Positions 20,228-30,104 of a stretch of DNA of 64,000 nucleotides are shown piece after piece. Below the pieces are notes generated by a model. The model worked only from the letters and a program-made list of their open reading frames with translations, was not told the DNA's origin and did not search any database. The number at the start of each line of letters is the position of its first letter. Position 1 is the first letter of the stretch. The position numbers were made by a program, and so were the translations under genes. The stretch lies in NCBI GenBank assembly GCA_005223125.1, contig NJBH01000003.1, positions 1-64,000 on the forward strand. Direction: 5' to 3'. Origin of the DNA: Promethearchaeota archaeon Loki_b32. Lineage in GTDB: Archaea; Asgardarchaeota; Lokiarchaeia; Sigyniarchaeales; SOKP01.

Positions 20228-21649
20228 ATGATAAAATTTAGTGATAAACAATTAAAAATTCCTAAATTAATGCGCCCAGTCTATTTAGCTACAGTAGGAA
20301 TGTCAAAATTTGATCGGGCATTTCCAGAAACGCGGATTGAAGAATTATGTATAGATGCATTAACAGCAGCAGCAGATTTTGTAAATATGACTCCTAGTGA
20401 ACTAAAAAAGTATATTCACACATGTTATTATGGTCATTTTGCTGATCATTTTGGGGATCAATTACTTGGAGAGGCTGTAATTCATGATAGACTTGGATTA
20501 GATCCATTAGGGAATATTGGAGTAAAAACTGGTGGTGCTACAGGAGGTTCTGCCATGTGGGAGGCTGTAAAAGCTGTTGCTTCTGGATATAGTGATTGTG
20601 CTCTCGCATTAGGTTGGGAGAGAATGGATGAAGTACCAACAGATGAGGGTAATCACCTTATTTCTTGCGCTGCAGATAAAGATTGGGAAACTCCACTTGG
20701 ACATATATATACAGGTTATTATGCTGTTATGGCTCAAAGATATTGGAAAATATTTGGTAAGGAAGAAGACTCATTTCGAAATACTATGGCAGAAGTAGCT
20801 GTAAAGAATCGAGGGTACGCTAGAATGAATCCTCATGCTCAAGGACCGATGAAGATAACTGTTGAGGACGTGATTAACTCTCCTATAGTTGCTTATCCTC
20901 TCCGTGTTTTAGATTGTTGCTTAATGAGTGTCGGATCTGCGTGTGGTATAGTATGTGATGAAAAAACAGCTTATGAAATCACAGACAAACCACTTAGGAT
21001 TTATATTGCAGCCGGGAGCCATACATTAAGGGTAGCTGATCGAAGAGATATGAAAATACCTCTCTTACCAAATGAGAAACCAAATCAATATGATGATTTA
21101 GGGAAAAGATTTCCAGGAGGAAATCGTTATCCAGGATTCACAGGCTTTTTAGCAGCAAGGATGTCCGCTTATTATGCATATAACATGTCTGGTGTTGTTG
21201 ATCCAACTGAAGATCTTGATTTAGTTGAACTTCATGATGCATTTACAATCAGTGATATTCAAACTTACGAAGATATTGGAATTAGGCCTTACGGAGAAGG
21301 AAGAGATTATATTGAGAGTGGAGATGCATATGTTATTAACCCACATACTAAAAAACCAGGAAAGCTACCTAGTAACCCATGTGGTGGGTTAATAGGGTGT
21401 ATGCATGCTGTAGGGGCGACAGGTCTAATGCAAATTGCTGAGATTGGATATCATATTTGGAACCGATGGGATGAAATCCATGAGCCTGAGGAGAAGTGGA
21501 AAGCGTTCGGAAGGGAAAAACCAAAAGATTGGACAAATCTACAAGTTAAGGGAGCAAAAAGAGGTTTGGCAATTTCTCACGCGGGAGTAGGTTCCCATGT
21601 AACATGTACAATTTTAATGGATCCAAATAATTTAATAAAGGAGGATTAG
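20228..21649 (+). CDS. SCPx-type thiolase-fold protein lacking the nucleophilic Cys
   Basis: KTGGATGG in place of ACASG; AVKNR, ELHDAF, HAVGATG retained; two insertions. Confidence 0.9.
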   Translation: MIKFSDKQLKIPKLMRPVYLATVGMSKFDRAFPETRIEELCIDALTAAADFVNMTPSELKKYIHTCYYGHFADHFGDQLLGEAVIHDRLGLDPLGNIGVKTGGATGGSAMWEAVKAVASGYSDCALALGWERMDEVPTDEGNHLISCAADKDWETPLGHIYTGYYAVMAQRYWKIFGKEEDSFRNTMAEVAVKNRGYARMNPHAQGPMKITVEDVINSPIVAYPLRVLDCCLMSVGSACGIVCDEKTAYEITDKPLRIYIAAGSHTLRVADRRDMKIPLLPNEKPNQYDDLGKRFPGGNRYPGFTGFLAARMSAYYAYNMSGVVDPTEDLDLVELHDAFTISDIQTYEDIGIRPYGEGRDYIESGDAYVINPHTKKPGKLPSNPCGGLIGCMHAVGATGLMQIAEIGYHIWNRWDEIHEPEEKWKAFGREKPKDWTNLQVKGAKRGLAISHAGVGSHVTCTILMDPNNLIKED

Positions 21650-21653
21650 AAAG

Positions 21654-22256
21654 ATGCCAAAAACAGAAGAGGAAAAAGGTTTTGTAGATATTGTTGATAG
21701 TAGATATAAACCTAAAGGAGTTTTTCATATAATTGAAGCAAATCAACCCATTTATAATAAAGATACGGGAAAATTAGCAGGTGTTACAAACCCAAGAGAT
21801 ATGACATATATACATACATATGGAGGAGAAGCTATATTTTTTGAATCTCTTGGTAAAGGAAGACTTATGGCTTCAAGATGCGATAACGAAAAATGTGAAA
21901 CAAAAGGTTCTGTTTATGAACCGTTTAGAATCTTTTGTCCAGACTGCTTAAGAAAAAACACCGTTGTAGATATAACAGAGAAAGCCCAGAAGACTGCAAA
22001 AATCCACTCATTTATTATTACACATCGTTCTGGAGCTTTCAATACATTGCCTAAACCCATAAAATTCATAAATGTAGAATTTGATGAAGAAGTGGTAACG
22101 ATTCTTATGAGTGTGTTAGTTGTCGGAGAACCTGAAATGGGAAAAATAGTTGTGCCAATTTTTCGAACTAAAAGTCCAACCTATACAATTATGGATTTAA
22201 TGTTTGTTGTTGAAGGTACAACCGAGTCAGAGTTACCTGAAGGCTTTACATTTTAA
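21654..22256 (+). CDS. DUF35 Zn-ribbon/OB-fold partner protein
   Basis: FFESLGKGRLMASRC..C..P.RIFCPDC followed by OB fold; GGAGG upstream. Confidence 0.88.
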   Translation: MPKTEEEKGFVDIVDSRYKPKGVFHIIEANQPIYNKDTGKLAGVTNPRDMTYIHTYGGEAIFFESLGKGRLMASRCDNEKCETKGSVYEPFRIFCPDCLRKNTVVDITEKAQKTAKIHSFIITHRSGAFNTLPKPIKFINVEFDEEVVTILMSVLVVGEPEMGKIVVPIFRTKSPTYTIMDLMFVVEGTTESELPEGFTF

Positions 22257-22491
22257 TTTTATATTCTATTACTCTTTTTTTTATTTAGAATATTATTTTC
22301 AAATCCAAAGATTTTATAAACTCAATTTCTGTCAATAAATTATTATTTTATTTTGAAATATTTAAGATTTTCTCTACTTAAAGCAAATTGCTTAAATTAT
22401 CAATTTGATTTTAATTAGTTATAATACGATACTAAAATAAGTAAAAAGTAAAAGATTTTATTTATAGTTGTTTATCGGTTTAGATGACTGC

Positions 22492-23391
22492 TTATAATAT
22501 CACATGTTCTTGCTTTAGATGAAATATTTTTCTTGCCTCTTCACCTTGAGCAATTTCTCGTCCTGAAATCTCAGCAACCTTTTTGGCCCATGCTACTTGT
22601 TCATAACTGCCTTTAGCTAATTCTCCTGTAATATTACGTGTATTATCTTCGAGACCAACTCGAATATGCCCTCCCAAAGCTGCAGCGCATAATCCACCTT
22701 GAAATTGTTGCTTAGAAACACCACATACACTCCAAGTAGCATCTGGAGGTATCAGATCTAGCAGTAGAGCGAGATTTTTTGGATTGAATGGAATTCCTCC
22801 GAGTACGCCCCATACAAATTGGAAATGTAATGGTTGTGTGAATGTACCTTCTTGTTTATTTAGGAAAAGCATATTATACAAGCCTCCTAAGTCGTAAATT
22901 TCCATTTCTGGTTTAGTTCCAGCTTTCTTCATCTCCTTCGCAAATTTCGAAATAGTTCTAAATGTATTTGCAAAAATATTAGTTGCACCCATACCAACTT
23001 TTCCTGTTCTGTAATCACCAACAGCAAAATTCATGGAGGCTGTATTTAAAGATGCTAGGGGGGGTTTATAGGTTTGAACTGGCGCTATTCTTTGTTTATC
23101 AGTTGCAACTGAACTAATAGCCGTACTCAAATTTATTATTACATCTGGTGCTTTTGATTTAATATTTTCTAGCACAGCCTTTATTAACTCTAACTCATGT
23201 GTTGGATTGCCTTTTTCTGGATCTCGAGCATGAATGTGAACAATCGCAGCACCTGCATCATAACATTTTTTTGCTTCATCTCCAAATTCTTCTGCTGTAT
23301 AAGGAACACCTGGATTATTAACCTTAGTCGTAATTGCACCAGCTAATGCTGCTGAAATAACTAACTTATTTTCTGGGTTTGATTCTGACAT
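22492..23391 (-). CDS. Beta-keto acid cleavage enzyme (BKACE/Kce, DUF849)
   Basis: AGAAIVHIHARD, SLNTASMN, KPEMEIYD, GGHIRVGLEDN. Confidence 0.93.
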   Translation of the reverse strand: MSESNPENKLVISAALAGAITTKVNNPGVPYTAEEFGDEAKKCYDAGAAIVHIHARDPEKGNPTHELELIKAVLENIKSKAPDVIINLSTAISSVATDKQRIAPVQTYKPPLASLNTASMNFAVGDYRTGKVGMGATNIFANTFRTISKFAKEMKKAGTKPEMEIYDLGGLYNMLFLNKQEGTFTQPLHFQFVWGVLGGIPFNPKNLALLLDLIPPDATWSVCGVSKQQFQGGLCAAALGGHIRVGLEDNTRNITGELAKGSYEQVAWAKKVAEISGREIAQGEEARKIFHLKQEHVIL

Positions 23392-23567
23392 TTAATATCA
23401 CATTTTTATTTATTTTGTTTGGATTTATTTTAAGAAGAAAAATTAATTGTTTAGTAAAAATTACACATCTTTATATTTAAACTTTGAATGATAGAATTTC
23501 TCTGAAGCAAAGCTTTGAATTCTTTGAACAAAATTGAGGAAATTTTGCTTAAAAAAATCAACTCAAT

Positions 23568-23592
23568 GTTAAAATGAATTAGTCATTTTAAC
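23568..23592. promoter_or_regulatory. Perfect 10-bp inverted repeat, candidate operator in the divergent BKACE/thiolase promoter
   Basis: GTTAAAATGA-attag-TCATTTTAAC; AACTCAAT directly repeated on either side. Confidence 0.5.
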
Positions 23593-23668
23593 TCAATTAG
23601 AAATTTTTTTTATTAATTCAACTAATATAATAATAATTTGAATTAAAAAAAAAAAGAGAAAATCAAAT

Positions 23669-24814
23669 ATGGATAAAGAAGTTGCTATTGTTGGATGTAC
23701 TCAAACTAAATATGAAGCAGATAAAATAGATTTAACAATTTCAGAACTTGTATTTGAAGTTGTCAAGAAGCTTCATAATGATTTAGGAATCACAAATGAT
23801 GATGTTGGGTGTGTAATATCTGGTTCTAATGATTTCAATGATGGGCGAACAATTGCTAATATGGCAATTCAAGATGCCGTAGGATCTGTTAGAAAATCAG
23901 AATCTCGAGTTTCTGGAGATGGTGCTTTTGCTTATGTGTATGGTGCTATGAGGATTCTTTCTGGTGAATATGATACAGTCTTGGTTGTTTCCCATTCTAA
24001 ATGTTCAGAAGGGGATCAATTTCTTATAAATAATTCAATATTTGATCCCTATTATCAACGACACTTAGGATTAGATCAAATTTCTTCTGCTGGTTTAATG
24101 GCAAATATGTATATGAGTAAATATGGAGTTAGTGAAGAACAAGCTGCTAAAGTGGTTGTAAAAAATCGGAAAAATGCTATAAATAACCCACATGCACATC
24201 TACAAAAAGAGGTATCTATGGATGAGGTTTTAAGCTCACCAATGTTAGCATATCCACTGAAAGAATTGGATTTTCCACCATATAGTGACGGTGCAGTAGC
24301 AATGCTTCTCACTAACAAAGAAAAGGCTAAAAGGTTTACAAATACACCAGTTTGGTTAAAGGGATATGCAAGTTGTACTGATGCTTATTATCTTGGACAT
24401 CGAACCATGACCGATCTAATTGGATTAGAATTTGCTGCAAAAGAAGCCTATAAGATGGCAAAAATCAAGGATCCGGTTAGGGATTTGGATGTTGCTGAAG
24501 TTTTTGAAGCCTTTTCTACACATGAACTGATGATTTATGAAGCATTAGATTTTTGTGATAAAGGAGAGGGAGGAAAATTTATAGATAGTGGAGAAACAAA
24601 TATAAATGGTACAATTCCAGTTAATCCTTCGGGTGGTGTTTTATCTAGCAACGTAGCAATGGCTAATGGATTAATTCGTGTAGCAGAAATTACTTCACAA
24701 CTAATGGGTGCAGCAGAGGATCACCAAATACCTAACGCAAAAACGGGACTAGCATATGGGATGAATGGTATCTGTTCGCAAGGAAATTGTGTATTAATAT
24801 TTGGAGGTGAATAA
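23669..24814 (+). CDS. Ltp4-like thiolase-fold protein (no catalytic Cys/His)
   Basis: SGSNDFNDGR, ESRVSGDGAFA, EVFEAF, NPSGG.LSSN. Confidence 0.85.
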   Translation: MDKEVAIVGCTQTKYEADKIDLTISELVFEVVKKLHNDLGITNDDVGCVISGSNDFNDGRTIANMAIQDAVGSVRKSESRVSGDGAFAYVYGAMRILSGEYDTVLVVSHSKCSEGDQFLINNSIFDPYYQRHLGLDQISSAGLMANMYMSKYGVSEEQAAKVVVKNRKNAINNPHAHLQKEVSMDEVLSSPMLAYPLKELDFPPYSDGAVAMLLTNKEKAKRFTNTPVWLKGYASCTDAYYLGHRTMTDLIGLEFAAKEAYKMAKIKDPVRDLDVAEVFEAFSTHELMIYEALDFCDKGEGGKFIDSGETNINGTIPVNPSGGVLSSNVAMANGLIRVAEITSQLMGAAEDHQIPNAKTGLAYGMNGICSQGNCVLIFGGE

Positions 24815-24817
24815 AGA

Positions 24818-25990
24818 ATGCCAAAACATAATGTAGCGGTAGTAGGGATTGGTCAAACTAAGTTCAGGAGTAAAAGAAGAGATGTGAATATACCTGAAAT
24901 GATCTATGAAGCAGTTAAGATGGCCCTTGATGATGCTCAAATGGAACCGAAAGATGTTGATGCCATTCTTATCGGCAATATGGATCATTTTGAAGGGATT
25001 AATTTCTCTGAGATGTGGTGTGGAATTGATGCTGCACCAGGATATCTAAAACCAGTTGTTAAAATTGCAACTGGAGGGACAACAGGGTCATCTTTAGGGA
25101 TATGTGGATATTATAATGTCGCTTCTGGGATATACAAAAACATTTTAGTTGTGGGATGGGAGAAATTAAATGAAGGAGGAGCCACAACAGGAATAATCAC
25201 AGCATTTGATCCTGTATGGGAACGCCCCTCATTGGCAGGAGCTCTAGGACCACTCGCTCTAATGGCAAATATTTATGCTGCTCGATATGGAATAACCTCT
25301 GAACAAGCAGCAAAAGTAACTGTTAAAAATAGAAGCAATGCTGCCAATAATCCATTTGCCCATATACAAATGCCTGATATTACTTTAGAAGATGTAATGA
25401 ATTCTCAAATGATATCTTATCCCTTAAGATTACATGATTGTTGTCCACAGAGCGAAGGAGCTTGTGCCGTTATCTATGCTAATGAGGAAGAAACAAAGAA
25501 AATAACAGATAATCCTGCATGGTTTAAAGGTGTGTCAACAGCTCATTACTACACATTTGGTTGTGACGATTTAATGTTTGATTTGCCCACTGCCGCCATT
25601 GCGTCCAAGAAAATATATAAGAAACTAGGTATAAAAGACCCTGTAAAGGATCTTGATGTTGCGGAGATATATGAACCTACATCATGGTCAGAACTTAGTT
25701 GGACTGAAAGCTTAGGTTTTTGCGGTAAAGGAGAAGGAGGTAAGTTATTGGATGAAGGTATAACTCAAATGACGGGAGAGTTACCCGTTAATCCCTCTGG
25801 TGGAGTATTAAGCACTAATCCTATTGGAGCAACAGCATTAGTGCGATTCGCTGAAGCTGCTATCCAGGTTATGGGTAGAGGAGGAAAACGACAAATTCCT
25901 GATGTCGAAACAGCAATGGGAATGGGATTTGGTGGATCTCTTTGGACTGAATTAGCAATATTAGGTAAAGATCCAAAACCGTTGAGGTGA
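24818..25990 (+). CDS. Ltp3-like thiolase-fold aldolase
   Basis: ATGGTTGSS (no Cys), AEIYEP.SW.E, NPSGGVLSTNPIGAT..RFAEAAIQV. Confidence 0.85.
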   Translation: MPKHNVAVVGIGQTKFRSKRRDVNIPEMIYEAVKMALDDAQMEPKDVDAILIGNMDHFEGINFSEMWCGIDAAPGYLKPVVKIATGGTTGSSLGICGYYNVASGIYKNILVVGWEKLNEGGATTGIITAFDPVWERPSLAGALGPLALMANIYAARYGITSEQAAKVTVKNRSNAANNPFAHIQMPDITLEDVMNSQMISYPLRLHDCCPQSEGACAVIYANEEETKKITDNPAWFKGVSTAHYYTFGCDDLMFDLPTAAIASKKIYKKLGIKDPVKDLDVAEIYEPTSWSELSWTESLGFCGKGEGGKLLDEGITQMTGELPVNPSGGVLSTNPIGATALVRFAEAAIQVMGRGGKRQIPDVETAMGMGFGGSLWTELAILGKDPKPLR

Positions 25991-25995
25991 TAAAA

Positions 25996-26475
25996 ATGGG
26001 AAAAAAAGAAAAGGAATTTCAGATTAAATGGAAAACAGACTTACCTTATAGGTATTCTATAGGAAAATTGGCAGTAAAATATTTTGAAGAACTTAAAAAT
26101 AAGAAGATTATGGGTTCAAAATGCCCTAAATGTGATAAAAGATATATGCCTCCGAGAGCCGTATGTGCGAATTGTTTTATTGAAATGACTGTGGAAGATA
26201 TGATAGAATTTTCTCCTAAAGGTACTTTAGTAGGATTTACAGTTGTTAATTATCCCTTTATTGATCCAAATACAGGAGGTATGCGTCCATTCCCTTATGG
26301 TTATGGAATATTCAAATTAGATGGAGCAGACACGTATATGATGCACTTTGTTGATGAAACTGATCATACTAAATTTAAAATCGGACAAAGAGTTGAAGCA
26401 GTGTTCAAAGAAAAAACTGAAGGTGATATTTATGATATTCCATACTTCAGGCTTATTAAGGAGGAGGAAGAATAA
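25996..26475 (+). CDS. DUF35 Zn-ribbon/OB-fold protein
   Basis: GSKCPKC..PPRAVCANC; I.LDGAD; GQRVEAVF; ATG 25996 follows GAGGTGA. Confidence 0.92.
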   Translation: MGKKEKEFQIKWKTDLPYRYSIGKLAVKYFEELKNKKIMGSKCPKCDKRYMPPRAVCANCFIEMTVEDMIEFSPKGTLVGFTVVNYPFIDPNTGGMRPFPYGYGIFKLDGADTYMMHFVDETDHTKFKIGQRVEAVFKEKTEGDIYDIPYFRLIKEEEE

Positions 26476-26939
26476 TGGAGGGAGAAAAAATGAATGAAGA
26501 ATTAGAAAAGAAAGTATTTAGAGGGAGAATTAAAGTTCCTTATAAACATACTGCTGGGGCCTATGTAGAGAAGTTCATAACTGAAATCGGAAAAAATAAC
26601 AAAATTATGGGAGTAAGATGTCCAAAATGTAGTAAAGTGTTTGTACCTCCCAAGATGATCTGTTTTAAATGCTTTGAAAAAATGGAAGAATGGGTTGAAG
26701 TCGGAAATCAAGGAGTAATTAAAGGTTTTACAGTAATTTCTCATTCGACGCCTGTGTTGCCTTTGAAACCTCCATTTGCTTATGGGATAATTACACTCGA
26801 TGGTGCAGACACAGATTTTGTACATATTATAAATGAGAGCGATCCTAAAAAATTAAAAGTAGGAATGCGAGTCGAAGCTGTCTTTAAAGAGAAACCAAGA
26901 AAACGAATATTGGATATTGAATATTTCAAACTAATTTAG
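26475..26939 (+). CDS. DUF35 Zn-ribbon/OB-fold protein
   Basis: GVRCPKC..PP..CFKC; LDGAD; GMRVEAVF; translationally coupled (TAATG). Confidence 0.92.
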   Translation: MEGEKMNEELEKKVFRGRIKVPYKHTAGAYVEKFITEIGKNNKIMGVRCPKCSKVFVPPKMICFKCFEKMEEWVEVGNQGVIKGFTVISHSTPVLPLKPPFAYGIITLDGADTDFVHIINESDPKKLKVGMRVEAVFKEKPRKRILDIEYFKLI

Positions 26940-27015
26940 TAAGCAATAAAACAAATTTTTTATTATATTAATTTTAAACTTCCTTGGTATAAAGAAAATA
27001 AAGAATATAATTATT

Positions 27016-29028
27016 TTATATACTATTTGCCACTTTGTAAGCTCTGTGAACCGCTTCTAGGACTGTTTCTGGTTTTCTTGCATCTCCGATTTTTTGAACC
27101 TTAATGTTTCTAAGTTGTTTTATTTCATTAAATAGGTTATCATTTGGTTCTACTCCAGTAGCATAATATACCATATCCACATCATTAATCATTTGTTCTT
27201 TATCTGCGGCATCAAGATAACTTACAAAATTCTCTCCAATTTTTTTAACTCTAACGCTAGTATGAAATTTAACACCTAAAGCATCACATTTATCGAGAAG
27301 TACCCATTTTGTCGTTTTTCCAAGAGCTGTACCTAATTTTGGTAATTGTTCCAATACAGTTACCTTATTTCTCCCACCATGTAACATTTTTAAAGCAATA
27401 TCTGGCTCTAAAGCTTTGTAAAATGTAAGAAAATCAAAGGCTTCAAGACTTAAAGCCCCAAATTTAGCTAAATAAATGGCAAGTTCGATTCCAGTAGCTC
27501 CTCCACCAATTATTACATTATTATTTCCAACTGGAGCATCTCCATTAAAAACATCATTAGCCCAAAAGACATTTTCTCTATCTATACCGGGAATCGGTGG
27601 CGTTATTGGATTTGATCCAGTTGCTAAAAACACTGCATCGGGATTAAATTCTTTAACAGTATTAATTGAAACTTCTTTGTCAAGATGTAAGTGGATTCCA
27701 TATTTTTGAATCCAATATAAATAATTATCAATCATTCTTTTGAATTCATTTCTTCCGGGAGGAATCCAGATGATGTTTAATAAGCCTCCAATTTTGTCAT
27801 CCTTTTCAAAAACGTGAACTTCATGACCTCTCATCGCTGCAACTCTCGCAACTTCTAATCCTCCAGGCCCAGAACCAATAATCATTATTTTCTTTTTTTC
27901 TTTAAGAGGTTTTAATTCTGTTTTAGCTTCATTTGCAGCTCTTGCATTTCTTAAACAAGAAATTGGCATCATTTTAAATATTGCATCAAAACATCCTTGA
28001 TTGCAACCAACACAAGTCATAATATCTCTCAATTCACCTTTTTTTGCTTTCATTGGTAAATATGGATCAGCTATCAATGATCTACCCATACAGATAGCAT
28101 CCGCTTTTCTAGCCATTAAAACTTGTTCCGCTAATTCAGGATTATTAATTCTATTGGAGGCAAAAACCGGGATAGACACATTATTTTTAACATTTTCAGC
28201 CAAATAGGTGTAGCATCCTTCTGGAACATCCATAGTTGTCTGGGGGGTTTTAGTTTCATGCCAACCTCCAGTTACATTGAAATAATCTAAATATTTTCCC
28301 AAGTTTTTAGCTATTGCAGCTTTTTCTTTATAAGTATTACTATCTGGAACAAAATCATCACCAGAAATTCGGTATCCTATAGGAAAATCATCTACACTTG
28401 ATCTCATTAATTCAATTGTTTCAATGGGAAATCTTAAGCGATTTTCAAAACTACCTCCATACTCATCAGTTCGGATATTAGTCTTCGGAGATACAAATTG
28501 AGTAAACAGATAACCAGCATTAGCACAAATTTCCACTGCATCAAATCCTGCTTTTTTTGCCCGTACAGTAGCATCAGCAAAAGCTTGTTGTTCTCTTTTA
28601 ATATCTTCAAGAGTCATCTCTCTCGGCGTTGTTTTACTGAAGTTACTGTAAACAGCGGAAGGAGCGATGGGAGTTTTTCCAATTATAAAAGGCATCGTAT
28701 ATGCTCCACCATGGTATAATTGGCAAACAATTTTTACATCATCTCTAGCTTTATGTAGAGCTTCTGTAAACTCTGTTAATTTTGGGACATATTCATCGCT
28801 TTCTATTGAAATCATGGCAGGTAATCCTTTTCCATATACGTCTACATAACAACCCCCCACAATTAACATACCAGCACCCCCCTTTGCCCTTTCACGATAA
28901 AAATTTATTAATTTTTTTGTGATAAAACCATTATTAGCAAGGTTAAGATTCAAAGCAGGCATAACAATACGATTGGAGACCGTCATATTCCTAATTTTAA
29001 AAGGTGTAAACAATTTAAAGAACTTCAA
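27016..29028 (-). CDS. fadH: 2,4-dienoyl-CoA reductase-like (OYE-FMN, Fe-S and FAD domains)
   Basis: [52 protein letters not shown]. Confidence 0.85.
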   Translation of the reverse strand: MKFFKLFTPFKIRNMTVSNRIVMPALNLNLANNGFITKKLINFYRERAKGGAGMLIVGGCYVDVYGKGLPAMISIESDEYVPKLTEFTEALHKARDDVKIVCQLYHGGAYTMPFIIGKTPIAPSAVYSNFSKTTPREMTLEDIKREQQAFADATVRAKKAGFDAVEICANAGYLFTQFVSPKTNIRTDEYGGSFENRLRFPIETIELMRSSVDDFPIGYRISGDDFVPDSNTYKEKAAIAKNLGKYLDYFNVTGGWHETKTPQTTMDVPEGCYTYLAENVKNNVSIPVFASNRINNPELAEQVLMARKADAICMGRSLIADPYLPMKAKKGELRDIMTCVGCNQGCFDAIFKMMPISCLRNARAANEAKTELKPLKEKKKIMIIGSGPGGLEVARVAAMRGHEVHVFEKDDKIGGLLNIIWIPPGRNEFKRMIDNYLYWIQKYGIHLHLDKEVSINTVKEFNPDAVFLATGSNPITPPIPGIDRENVFWANDVFNGDAPVGNNNVIIGGGATGIELAIYLAKFGALSLEAFDFLTFYKALEPDIALKMLHGGRNKVTVLEQLPKLGTALGKTTKWVLLDKCDALGVKFHTSVRVKKIGENFVSYLDAADKEQMINDVDMVYYATGVEPNDNLFNEIKQLRNIKVQKIGDARKPETVLEAVHRAYKVANSI

Positions 29029-29261
29029 TTTTAATCCTCAACATAATATAATTTTATAATAAGAATAACATGGTAATTTATTAAAATTTATTTGGAGTAA
29101 AAATAGGGGGCTTATTTATTATACGTTTTAGTAAAGAGGACAGCAGTTTAAATTGTTAAGCAAAAGAAATTGTCTTCTTACATTAGAAGAAGGAAAGAAA
29201 TAATTTTTTTATCAAAATACAATTATACTATACAAAAATAAAAATTAATACGTGAAAAAAA

Positions 29262-30086
29262 ATGTCTGAAAACGCAATATTAATAGAGGAAAATGAAGAT
29301 AAGACAATCACGATAATTAAAATGAATCGTTTAAGTAAAAAAAATGCGATGAATTATGATTTAATGGTCGGACTTCAAAAAGCAATTGATAAAATCGAAC
29401 GAACTAATACGAGAGTTGTTATTATAACTGGAGGAGACGATTTTTTTAGCTCAGGTATAGATTTAAACTTTTTAACGGGGCAAGAAAAAGATTCTGAGGG
29501 TGTAATTCCTGATTTACGAATTCCAAGGAATTTTAGATATTTTGCAAATACTTGGATCCATCCGATTTTCACAAAAATTGAAAAGATGGAAAAACCGGTG
29601 ATTGCTAAGATAAATGGTTACTGTTATGGAATGGCATTTGAATTAGCTTTAGCATGTGATTTTCGATTTTGTACAGAATCAGCCGAATTCCATATGTTAG
29701 AATCAAAGATAGGTATGAACCCCGACGTGGGGGGTACAATTAGACTAACAAGACTTGTGGGTATTCAAAATACTAAAGATATCATTTTAACAGGACGGAA
29801 ATTTGATGGAAATGAAGCTTATAGACTTGGAGTTGTAAATCGGGTTGTTAAAAACCATCAAGAATTAGATTCAATTATTAAAAAGTATACCGATGAACTT
29901 ATGACAAGTGGACCCCTAGCGGTAGGACTTGCAAAAAAATTAATAGATGATTGTTATGGTAAGGATACAGCTTTTGGATTAGAACTTGAAACGCTTGTTA
30001 GTTCACAATTACTTCAAACCAAAGATGCTACTTCAGGAGTGCTCGCTCGTTTGCAAAAGGTAAAACCTAAATGGCGATGGAAATAA
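29262..30086 (+). CDS. Enoyl-CoA hydratase/isomerase (crotonase family)
   Basis: FSSGIDL, KPVIAKING.CYGMAFELALACD, E..IG..PD.GG. Confidence 0.92.
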   Translation: MSENAILIEENEDKTITIIKMNRLSKKNAMNYDLMVGLQKAIDKIERTNTRVVIITGGDDFFSSGIDLNFLTGQEKDSEGVIPDLRIPRNFRYFANTWIHPIFTKIEKMEKPVIAKINGYCYGMAFELALACDFRFCTESAEFHMLESKIGMNPDVGGTIRLTRLVGIQNTKDIILTGRKFDGNEAYRLGVVNRVVKNHQELDSIIKKYTDELMTSGPLAVGLAKKLIDDCYGKDTAFGLELETLVSSQLLQTKDATSGVLARLQKVKPKWRWK

Positions 30087-30104
30087 ATTTTTTTTCTTAT
30101 TTTA

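Noticed and set aside
20228-22256. Mevalonate-pathway thiolase/DUF35/HMG-CoA synthase complex
   Set aside because: No HMG-CoA synthase is adjacent, and the thiolase lacks the required Cys.
29131-29181. Imperfect stem-loop in the fadH/crotonase divergent intergenic region
   Set aside because: It needs a bulge and G-U pairs, matches no known RNA, and is plausible by chance.
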